From Promethearchaeum syntrophicum (GTDB lineage Archaea > Asgardarchaeota > Lokiarchaeia > Sigyniarchaeales > Promethearchaeaceae), in the NCBI RefSeq assembly GCF_008000775.2, contig NZ_CP042905.2, positions 270,001 through 302,000 on the forward strand: a stretch of 32,000 nucleotides of DNA, given 5' to 3'. This document shows, piece by piece, positions 9,095-16,596 of the stretch; the stretch's first letter is position 1, and each line of letters opens with the position of its first letter. Below the pieces are notes generated by a model, which worked only from the letters and a program-made list of their open reading frames with translations, was not told the origin of the DNA and searched no databases. The translations under genes and the position numbers were made by a program.

Positions 9095-9571
9095 ATGAAA
9101 AAAATTCCAATAATCGGGATGACAAAAAAATTTCATCCAAAAAAAAGTCTTTCACTTGATTATATAGCTAAAAATGTAGATAGAATAAACTTTCTAAACA
9201 AAATTCTTCCCACAGATCAAATTGAAGTAAAATCTATAAATAAGGATTACATTCAAATTGTTTACAATAAACCATTGAATTATCAGATTATTTCTGAATT
9301 AAAAATTGAAATGGATTTAAAAATTGAACAACAAATTCCTGATGAGATATCCCCATTAATTTGGAATTTCTCAACAAAGAATTCTTCTCATTTTTATGAA
9401 TATTCAGGAAGAATAAGAGCAAAAAGGGTCGGGAAAGACATTAAAATTGGCTTATTTATTTATGAAATAAAATTAGATAATGAAAATATAACCAAATTCG
9501 GGCTTCGAGCCATGAAAAATATCATAAAAGAATTAATTCTACAGATTTTCCAAAATCTAACTAAATTATAA
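9095..9571 (+). CDS. hypothetical protein (about 158 aa)
   Basis: ORF track entry 9092..9571. The first codon is GTG, immediately followed by ATG at 9095. It is divergent from the nuclease pair (about 65-nt spacer). No recognisable motif. Confidence 0.45.
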   Translation: MKKIPIIGMTKKFHPKKSLSLDYIAKNVDRINFLNKILPTDQIEVKSINKDYIQIVYNKPLNYQIISELKIEMDLKIEQQIPDEISPLIWNFSTKNSSHFYEYSGRIRAKRVGKDIKIGLFIYEIKLDNENITKFGLRAMKNIIKELILQIFQNLTKL

Positions 9572-9626
9572 TAAAAAAAACAATAAAAACAATAAAAAAG
9601 ATGAAAAAAATCAATATATAGATAGT

Positions 9627-9875
9627 TTATTCACATGCTGCAATATCTGCGGCAGTTACTCTCTTTCTCTTGTCACCTTTGACAAGTTTAACAGCTTCTT
9701 TCGTAACTTCTTTAGCTGCTTTTGTTAATTCTTCGATCAATAAAATTACTGCATCTTCAGCTACTAATCCTGCGCCTTCATTCTTCATTAATCGTCGAAT
9801 TGGTGCTTTAGCAATGTAGGCGGATCGGTTTTTGGTTGCTGCTTTCTTTTTTGGTGCTGCTTTTTTCTTAGCCAT
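9627..9875 (-). CDS. archaeal histone (HMf-type histone fold) with a lysine-rich N-terminal tail
   Basis: IAKAPIRRLMKNEGAGLVAEDAVILLIEELTKAAKEVTKEAVKLVKGDKRKRVTAADIAA aligns by eye to the HMfA/B histone fold (loop-1 R, RKT-like motif). It is preceded by MAKKKAAPKKKAATKNRSAY. The track start at 9884 is GTG, so ATG at 9875 is the more likely start. Confidence 0.85.
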   Translation of the reverse strand: MAKKKAAPKKKAATKNRSAYIAKAPIRRLMKNEGAGLVAEDAVILLIEELTKAAKEVTKEAVKLVKGDKRKRVTAADIAACE

Positions 9876-9892
9876 ATTTTTCACATCATTAA

Positions 9893-9906
9893 TTTTTTAT
9901 AAAAAA
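9893..9906 (-). promoter_or_regulatory. TATA-box-like element upstream of the histone gene (short or absent 5-prime leader)
   Basis: The minus strand reads GGATATTTTTTATAAAAAATTAATGATGTGAAAAATATG. The T/A box is centred about 24 nt upstream of the ATG, matching the archaeal TATA-to-TSS spacing. Confidence 0.4.
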
Positions 9907-10403
9907 TATCCTCCGCGATGATAGGATATAAATACAATATCACAAACTCACTATATAAATGTTGTGTATTTTGAATAGGTTTGGGGCGAAATTTAAACCG
10001 AGTTTATAGATCTCTTCAAATTTTTTCCCACTAAAATCAAATAAAGAAGGAAAAAAAAAAAATCTTTTATCTTAAGGCTACGCATACAGAACGTTTAAAT
10101 GAAGTTATTTTAATTTTACTCCCGAAATATTTCCCACTATTCTAGCGATCAATTTTTGTCGGATACAAACATTCATCAATTATTTTTATCAAATTTTATT
10201 CAATAATTTGTTTAAATCTTTCTGAATCACTCATTATCTTATATTTTCCTTTTAATCACGTGAAAAAGTGCCAAACAAAAATGTCAAATTCTTTAAATGG
10301 TGATAACTATTAAAAAAAAAATAGAAGTTCATAATTCTTGATAGGATTTGTTCAAGTACCTTTAAAATTCAAAAATTGAGTTTATTTTGATAAAAAATGA
10401 GTT

Positions 10404-10421
10404 AAAAAAAAATTTTTTTTT
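10404..10421 (-). terminator. A9T9 palindromic oligo-T tract immediately after the oxidoreductase operon stop
   Basis: AAAAAAAAATTTTTTTTT lies 3 nt downstream of the stop at 10425-10427. Oligo-T tracts are the usual archaeal intrinsic termination signal. The palindrome presents a T-run on both strands. Confidence 0.4.
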
Positions 10422-10424
10422 CTT

Positions 10425-11528
10425 CTAGATAATTAAATCTTTATTCATTATTTGATACCCAGATGATCTAACTATTGCAGATTTCAAGAATTGAAAACCA
10501 ATATTAACGGTAGAACCATCTCCACCAATATGAATTACATAAGGGACTTCTTTCTTGATTCCTTTATTGTACATGATTCTATAAGCTGTAGAAATTGCAT
10601 CCGCTACTGTTGCTCCAGATTCAAATAATTGATGCATCCATGAAGCTTGCCATGAGGTTACATCATCCTTACTTGTAGCTACTTCCACACAACATGTATT
10701 ATTCACATAAATACAATTCTCTTTGGCTACTAGGTAAGCTGCGTGCCCCAATTGATTCAGAAGCATTCCAGCACCACAACCGGGACAAAGTCCATATCCT
10801 GGATTTATATGAAATTGGGGAGGAATTTCTCTATGAATCACGGAATATCGTATTTTACAATCATCTTCCCCAAATGAAGCGAGTAGGTTATTTAAATTTA
10901 TATTTCGGGCTTTAACTTGACCAAAATTTTCATCAATATTCTTTTCTAAAAATTCAGGCTTCAACAAGTGGCGGAATTTACCTTGAGTTTTCAGGTATTC
11001 CAACATTTTCTCTTCATCGGTTGTAATATATTCCTTTTCAGATTCAGATTTCTTCATTCCAGGAACTGAAGTATAGTAATATTTTGGAACTCCATCTTTA
11101 ACTTTAATTGTGATTAAAGGCCAATATCCAGATTCTGTTGCTAGTTTTGAAATTTTGATAGTGTCTTTTGACGGATGACGCCAACCTCTAGGACATGGGC
11201 TATAAACTTGAATAAATCCTCCTCCAGGAGTTTTCATTGCATCCATCACTTTTCCCATGAGATCAGTAGGATAAGCCACATTTGCAGTAGCAAAGAAAGC
11301 ACTTTTATGACCAAGAAATGTAAAACCTAAGATATAATCTTCTTTAATTCCGATTTTCCCCTTAATTTTTTGTCCTCCTGGTCCTGTTGTAGTGCTGGCT
11401 CCAAATGGTGTGGTTCCACTTTCTTGAATACCAGTATTCATAAAAGCTTCGTTATCATATCCAATATATAATACTGTATTTCTTTCAGATCGTGCCAAAA
11501 TATCTGCCATTTTTATTATTTTTGTCAT
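10425..11528 (-). CDS. 2-oxoacid:ferredoxin oxidoreductase beta (TPP-binding) subunit, with the canonical C-terminal half preceding the canonical N-terminal half (apparent circular permutation)
   Basis: The protein contains all PorB-type signatures: YDNEAFMNTGIQESGTTP, VYSPCPRGW, WPL, GKFRHLL, then LCPGCGAG, NNTCCVEV, HIGGDGSTVNIGFQ. The likely start is ATG at 11528 (MTKIIKM...), 8 nt after GGAGATGAT and just after the alpha-subunit stop. The track start at 11564 overlaps the alpha gene. Confidence 0.85.
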   Translation of the reverse strand: MTKIIKMADILARSERNTVLYIGYDNEAFMNTGIQESGTTPFGASTTTGPGGQKIKGKIGIKEDYILGFTFLGHKSAFFATANVAYPTDLMGKVMDAMKTPGGGFIQVYSPCPRGWRHPSKDTIKISKLATESGYWPLITIKVKDGVPKYYYTSVPGMKKSESEKEYITTDEEKMLEYLKTQGKFRHLLKPEFLEKNIDENFGQVKARNINLNNLLASFGEDDCKIRYSVIHREIPPQFHINPGYGLCPGCGAGMLLNQLGHAAYLVAKENCIYVNNTCCVEVATSKDDVTSWQASWMHQLFESGATVADAISTAYRIMYNKGIKKEVPYVIHIGGDGSTVNIGFQFLKSAIVRSSGYQIMNKDLII

Positions 11529-11545
11529 GATATCATCTCCTTTAA

Positions 11546-12772
11546 TTAAAAACGAACCTCCCACATCTTATCTTTGGATTGCCGAACTCCAAGGTAATCA
11601 TACAATTTTCCTCTATTATCCGTTATAGGTTTCATCTTTTTCGCCGCATATTCAATTTCATCTTTGGTAACATCTCGCCCACCTAATCCGACGATAAGAG
11701 ATCTAAGAACTACATTTAACCCAAAAAGCGCGCTTGCAACTGATTGGCCAACTGGAGGTAGAATTCCACTAAGATCATCATCTTTTTCAAGAATAATAAT
11801 TTTTTCAATTTTATTCTCTTCAATGATTTTTCTGAGTTTTTCAGCAGGAAACGGTCTCCATGTTCTTAACTTAATTAATCCTACATCTTTATTGTGTTCC
11901 ATCCAAGTTAGAATATTCCCACACATCGATCCCATTGTTAGAAACACTGTTTTACTAGAGCATTCTAAATTATATGTTTCAATCGAATGATAAGATCTCC
12001 CTGTCATTTTTTCAAATTCTTTGAAAGCATTATCAATTATGGGCAATACTTTATTCTTTTCTAATTCTAAAGCTAATCTTCCTTCTCCAAAATAATCAGG
12101 TGTAACAATTCCACCCCAAGTCCCTGTTTTTTCAGTATTAATATGGTGGCGTGGTTTTTTGGGAGTATATTTCAGGACATCCTCATCTGGAACTGCGAAG
12201 AATTTCTGCGCACTATGTGAAATTATAAACCCATCGTGAACAAATTGAGTTGGGAATAATGAATCTTCAGAAATTTTGGATGCAATTATTGAAGCATCAT
12301 ATGTTTCTTGAACATTTTCAGAAACAATCGTATTCCATCCCATCCCAGATAGTAATGTAAATTCCCATGAATTCCATATTGAAAGATTTGGAGAATTAAA
12401 TGCACGGGCTGATATCATCATTGTTAGCGGAACTCGCCATCCAGGGGCCATAGGTAAACATTCAGCCATTAACAATAACCCTTGAGATGCAGTAGCTATA
12501 AAAGTTCGCGCTCCAGCAGCACATGCAGCAGTACTAAACGCGCATGCCGCTAATTCAGATTCTACATTAACAAATGCCGCTTTCAACTTTCCATGGTTGA
12601 CAACATCAGATAAACCTTCCACAGATTGAGTTTGAGGCGTAATTGGAAATGCACAAATCACATCGGGATCAGTTTGACTAACGCCACCCGCAACAGCATA
12701 ATTACCTGTCATAGTTAATTCGACAGGTTCCTTGATTTCCTTGAAAAAAGGATTCATTGGTTGTACAGACAT
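11546..12772 (-). CDS. 2-oxoacid:ferredoxin oxidoreductase alpha subunit
   Basis: The N-terminus TGNYAVAGGVSQTDPDVICAFPITPQTQ, then ESELAA...GARTFIATASQGLLLM, and the C-terminal GLGGRD are typical of PorA/VorA. GGTGAT lies 8 nt upstream of the ATG. Confidence 0.9.
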   Translation of the reverse strand: MSVQPMNPFFKEIKEPVELTMTGNYAVAGGVSQTDPDVICAFPITPQTQSVEGLSDVVNHGKLKAAFVNVESELAACAFSTAACAAGARTFIATASQGLLLMAECLPMAPGWRVPLTMMISARAFNSPNLSIWNSWEFTLLSGMGWNTIVSENVQETYDASIIASKISEDSLFPTQFVHDGFIISHSAQKFFAVPDEDVLKYTPKKPRHHINTEKTGTWGGIVTPDYFGEGRLALELEKNKVLPIIDNAFKEFEKMTGRSYHSIETYNLECSSKTVFLTMGSMCGNILTWMEHNKDVGLIKLRTWRPFPAEKLRKIIEENKIEKIIILEKDDDLSGILPPVGQSVASALFGLNVVLRSLIVGLGGRDVTKDEIEYAAKKMKPITDNRGKLYDYLGVRQSKDKMWEVRF

Positions 12773-12785
12773 TTTTCATATCACC

Positions 12786-13775
12786 TTAGCATTTCATGAC
12801 CATAGTCAAAGCTTTATGGACCTCTCCCGTTTCTTTATCTTTCTTTCCTGGACAAACATAAACACAATTTTCGCACCCTTTACAATGAAATGCGTCAACA
12901 CCGACTATTTGCCATTTATTATCTTTAAATTCTCGTTGAATACATAAATCAGGGCAAATAAAAACACAACTGCCGCACTGTATACAATATTCTGGGTGAA
13001 AAGATGCATAACTGACTCCCCAAGATCCTGTATTTACCCGAGTTGAGCCTCCGTCTATGGCATCAGTATACCAAACTCCTGCTTTATCTAATTCTGCAGC
13101 TCCTAATTTACCTAAGCCAATGTGGCTCCATTCTTTCTTGTAATCTTTTTCAAAACTAACTTTTATTTTATCATCACAAGGAAAAATTATAGTTGCATCT
13201 GGAACTGTTTTTATTGCATCCATGTTCTTTTGTGCAATTTTTGGATTGAATTGTTCACCTATTGCAGAAATCAATTCTTCTAAAGCAAAAATTTGTGGTG
13301 CGACCTTGACTAAAGCTCCTAAAATTAAGGTATTCGTAATATTTCGCCCTAAATATTCTAACGCAATATTTGTAGCATCAATTAGTGCAACATTTATTGC
13401 TGGAGGATTATTCTTATCAATAATTTCTCGTATTTCCTCATAGGGTTTACATGTGTTTACAATCAAGTAACCCCCTGGAACCATTCCAGCAGTACAGTCT
13501 ACATCTTCAAGTAAAGTATCATCTAAGACACAACTATATTGGGGGGAGTAAACTTGCTCATTTGTTCGTACTTTATTATAGTCTTTTGACATTCGTGCAA
13601 AAGAGGCAACAGGAGATCCCATTCTTTCTGCACCAAAAGTGGGCATACAAGTAGCTGGACCATCAAATGCCATAGAACAGAGTTGGGCAGCAGTAACCGC
13701 TCCTTGACCCCCACGTCCGTGAAATCTCACAAGATATTTGGGTATATTTTCTTTATTTTCAGTCATATTTTTCAT
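12786..13775 (-). CDS. 2-oxoacid:ferredoxin oxidoreductase gamma-delta fusion subunit (gamma domain plus 2x[4Fe-4S] ferredoxin-like delta domain)
   Basis: RFHGRGGQGAVTAAQ is the gamma signature. The C-terminal CIQCGSCVFICP and CKGCENCVYVCP are two CX2CX2CX3CP ferredoxin motifs. The track start at 13796 is TTG. In-frame ATGs lie at 13775 and 13766, so the start is uncertain within about 30 nt. Confidence 0.88.
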   Translation of the reverse strand: MKNMTENKENIPKYLVRFHGRGGQGAVTAAQLCSMAFDGPATCMPTFGAERMGSPVASFARMSKDYNKVRTNEQVYSPQYSCVLDDTLLEDVDCTAGMVPGGYLIVNTCKPYEEIREIIDKNNPPAINVALIDATNIALEYLGRNITNTLILGALVKVAPQIFALEELISAIGEQFNPKIAQKNMDAIKTVPDATIIFPCDDKIKVSFEKDYKKEWSHIGLGKLGAAELDKAGVWYTDAIDGGSTRVNTGSWGVSYASFHPEYCIQCGSCVFICPDLCIQREFKDNKWQIVGVDAFHCKGCENCVYVCPGKKDKETGEVHKALTMVMKC

Positions 13776-14117
13776 CCCATTTAAATGGAAAAACAATAAC
13801 TAGACTTCGCTTTGTCATAATAAATGATGTCTTATAGATTTTCCTTTATCAAATTATTTAGGATAAAATCATAGCAATTACATATTTAATTGAATACAAT
13901 AGATAATTAAATCGGGTTCTAATTTTTTGGAGAACCAATCAAATGATTTCAAATATGGAATACATTTTCTAATCTTAGCTAACTTTTAGATACTAATTTA
14001 CCATTGACATAATATTCGAAGTTTAAAAAAATAGATATTTAAAAATTTTATAGAGTTATAGTATTTTTCTTGTAAAACCCTAACCATAACCTAAATGACC
14101 ATTATCTAGATGATTTA

Positions 14118-14576
14118 ATGCAAATCACAGTAAATTCAAACATTTATATAAAATTGGTTTCTATTCTTCAAAAAATTAATAAAGATCTAGGAAGTCCTGC
14201 AAATTTCAGTATGGTTCTCCAACTCATGTTTGATAGAATCAAAATTATAAGAAAACTTCAAGAGGAAAATTCGAAATTAAGAGAAAAGGTTGATGAAATG
14301 AATTTTAATATGCAAGATTTGTTACGATTATCTCTTTCTAGACCCGCTGCCCCAATTATGGCAATGGCACAATCAAATCTTCAACCATTATCTCCTCCTT
14401 CATCATTATATCCTCCAGCACCTCCCATTAGAAAGATAAAAAATATTATTCATTCTCCTCCAGAAACGTTGAATATAAAAAAAGATTTACAGATTGAATT
14501 AAATCAACTCTTAGATGGAAGTGTTCCTAAACCTTCAAAGATTAAACAACTCATAGAACAGAATATAGCAAACTAA
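14118..14576 (+). CDS. hypothetical protein (152 aa): possible ribbon-helix-helix-like N-terminus, short coiled coil, proline-rich segment
   Basis: ITVNSNIYIKLVSILQKINKDLGSPANFSMVLQLMFD fits a beta-strand plus two helices. It is followed by KLQEENSKLREKVDEM, then LSPPSSLYPPAPPI. The domain assignment is speculative. Confidence 0.45.
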   Translation: MQITVNSNIYIKLVSILQKINKDLGSPANFSMVLQLMFDRIKIIRKLQEENSKLREKVDEMNFNMQDLLRLSLSRPAAPIMAMAQSNLQPLSPPSSLYPPAPPIRKIKNIIHSPPETLNIKKDLQIELNQLLDGSVPKPSKIKQLIEQNIAN

Positions 14577-14596
14577 ATGCGTGAAAAAGAAAAAAA

Positions 14597-14923
14597 CTAA
14601 ATCTTTGATGCCCAATATGATGGATCATATCCATTAGAGATAAATTCCTTTTGATTTTTTCTAAATATTACAAAAGGTGTCCCCATTCTTGTTGGTAAAT
14701 CATATTTTGCTTGGATCCATTTCTTCAGTGAATTTTTCATAGCTAAAGGTAATTTGTCAAGATAAAGCCACTTGAAACCCACTTTTCTTTCTAATAACCA
14801 TTTTATCCCTTTTTTACAATGTGGACATGTAGTTAAACTGAAATAATAAATAGTTACATTTTGTTCTTCTAGCTTTTCTTTATTTTCAATTACCCAATTA
14901 AGTGATTCTAAATTTATGTCCAT
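14597..14923 (-). CDS. glutaredoxin/thioredoxin-fold protein (CPHC active site)
   Basis: YYFSLTTCPHCKK...GTPFVIF matches the Grx/NrdH layout (CPxC after beta-1, cis-Pro motif TP before beta-3). The track ORF start at 15016 overlaps the upstream gene. The internal ATG at 14923 (MDINLESL...) lies 26 nt after that gene's stop. Confidence 0.65.
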   Translation of the reverse strand: MDINLESLNWVIENKEKLEEQNVTIYYFSLTTCPHCKKGIKWLLERKVGFKWLYLDKLPLAMKNSLKKWIQAKYDLPTRMGTPFVIFRKNQKEFISNGYDPSYWASKI

Positions 14924-14948
14924 GATAAAAGAAAATGATAAATGGGGT

Positions 14949-15932
14949 TTAAGTTTTTTCTTTTGTGAAATCGTAAATCGGGACCCCAAAAATATCCCAA
15001 ACCGGTTTTTGGTCAAAATTTACTTTTTGAATTGCAGTTGTAATAACTGGGTATTCTTTCATTAATTTTGCAAGTTCACTAATTACACTTTTACCTTGTG
15101 ATACTTGATGAATCAAATCTACACAATAATCATGAGGTGCCCCTAAGTATATTGCTTCAGTTAAAATGAGTTTTTGATATAGATCAAATGTTTGCTTTCT
15201 ATACTGGATAAAAAACTTATTTATGGTATCTTGGAATTTTGAAAAATCATCAGAATTTACTAATCCTTTATCATAACATGCATAAATCTGTTCGGAATAA
15301 TTATTTTCAAAAGCTTCCCCAATATCACTTGCAAAATCAAATAATGTTGGTTCCACTAGATGACTTAATCGCGAATTAACATTAGTCATCAAAGCAACAA
15401 AAATATGTTCTTTTTTACTGAATCTTACTTCGATTTCACCTGATTTTATTAATTGTACTCCAGATAACCAACCTATATTTTCAGCGAAGGAATTTATTGC
15501 ACTAAGCAATCCGGAAACTAAATTTTGATTAACTGGTGACTTTTCCATTTTTCCATGATAAGCTAAAAAGTGAAATAAGCATAAACCATTATTTGTGATA
15601 AAGTAAACCTCAGGAATTTTCAATGATCCTTTAAAAGAAAGAGGAGTAATTTGTCCCGTTTTAGATTTACTCCGAGAATCTTTATACTTATAATCAGGGA
15701 GAATATATTTTAAATCGATATTATTTTTAACTTGAGCTAAATAATGAAAATATAGGGAAAATTGAGAATAATTTAATGAAAATTCATTTTGAGTAAATCG
15801 AATTTCTTCTAATTTCTTATTTACTTCAACTGCAGAAATTGATAATGATTCAAAATTGTCATTTTTAATTTTCCATGATGTCACTGATTTTTTATTCAAA
15901 TCAAGATCCATGATGATAAAACTTTCATTCAT
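14949..15932 (-). CDS. hypothetical protein with a central Roadblock/longin-like domain, candidate small-GTPase partner
   Basis: The central segment is VYFITNNGLCLFHFLAYHG...NQNLVSGLLSAINSFAENIG...VQLIKSGEIEVRFSKKEHIFVALMTNVN. It shows the beta-beta-alpha-beta-beta-beta pattern and the sGllsAinsF helix typical of Roadblock/longin-type modules. The gene is divergent from the GTPase gene with a 64-nt spacer. Confidence 0.5.
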   Translation of the reverse strand: MNESFIIMDLDLNKKSVTSWKIKNDNFESLSISAVEVNKKLEEIRFTQNEFSLNYSQFSLYFHYLAQVKNNIDLKYILPDYKYKDSRSKSKTGQITPLSFKGSLKIPEVYFITNNGLCLFHFLAYHGKMEKSPVNQNLVSGLLSAINSFAENIGWLSGVQLIKSGEIEVRFSKKEHIFVALMTNVNSRLSHLVEPTLFDFASDIGEAFENNYSEQIYACYDKGLVNSDDFSKFQDTINKFFIQYRKQTFDLYQKLILTEAIYLGAPHDYCVDLIHQVSQGKSVISELAKLMKEYPVITTAIQKVNFDQKPVWDIFGVPIYDFTKEKT

Positions 15933-15996
15933 CCCTAATAATTTTGCGTTACTTTTTTTTTTCGCAATTTATAACATTCATTTAAAGAAATAGTCT

Positions 15997-16563
15997 GTGT
16001 CTTTATATAATGAAAAATACCCTATAAAAATTGTAATCGCCGGTCAAGCAGGAACAGGAAAATCTACATTAATTTCTACTAAAAAAACGGGATCTTTTAA
16101 TATTGCTTCAAAAATGACTATAGGGGTAGATTTTGTAATTTTAGAAATAAACCATAATGAAAAAACGTATCAATTTTTAGTCTATGATTTAGGTGGACAG
16201 AAAAGATTTCAATTTCTTCATGATTCCTATATCAAAGGTGCTAAAGCGAGTATAATATTGTATGATTTGACTCGAATCATTACATTCAATTCAATACCAA
16301 AATGGATCGCACTTTTAATGGCAGAAAATCCTCAAATTCCAATTTTAATATGCGGATCAAAAAAAGACCTTATTCAATATGAAGATATCAAGAATTTTGA
16401 GAACAAATGGATTGATTTTGTATCCAAAATTCCAAAAAATTGTAATATAATCGGTCATATTTTTACTTCCTCGAAAACTATGGAAGGAATTGATTCAATT
16501 TTTTATACTTTAGCTGATTATTTAATGTTATCTATAGAGTCCTACATTTCTAAAAAGATATAA
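15997..16563 (+). CDS. Ras-superfamily small GTPase, Rab-like
   Basis: G1 is GQAGTGKST, switch I is TIGVDF (Rab-type), and G3 is DLGGQ. G4 is GSKKD (a variant of NKxD) and G5 is SSK. YDLTRIITFNSIPKWI resembles the Ras/Rab interswitch region. The start is GTG at 15997, and no in-frame ATG lies nearby. Confidence 0.85.
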   Translation: MSLYNEKYPIKIVIAGQAGTGKSTLISTKKTGSFNIASKMTIGVDFVILEINHNEKTYQFLVYDLGGQKRFQFLHDSYIKGAKASIILYDLTRIITFNSIPKWIALLMAENPQIPILICGSKKDLIQYEDIKNFENKWIDFVSKIPKNCNIIGHIFTSSKTMEGIDSIFYTLADYLMLSIESYISKKI

Positions 16564-16596
16564 AAAAATGCTTCTTTTTTTTATTAGGTAAAAAAA

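Noticed and set aside
10694-13714. Short ORFs overlapping the oxidoreductase genes (10694..10915+, 11664..11990+, 12732..12947+, 13222..13443+, 13451..13654+, 13523..13714-)
   Set aside because: These are shadow ORFs inside strongly supported porGD/A/B-type coding regions, with no independent signals.
13915-13940. 6-bp inverted repeat GGTTCT-N10-AGAACC in the por/14118 divergent spacer
   Set aside because: The stem is too short and could easily arise by chance. It is not positioned as a terminator.
14924-15016. N-terminal extension of the glutaredoxin-like ORF (track start 15016)
   Set aside because: It overlaps the 3-prime end of the upstream 327-aa gene. The internal ATG at 14923 gives a normal-sized thioredoxin-fold protein.
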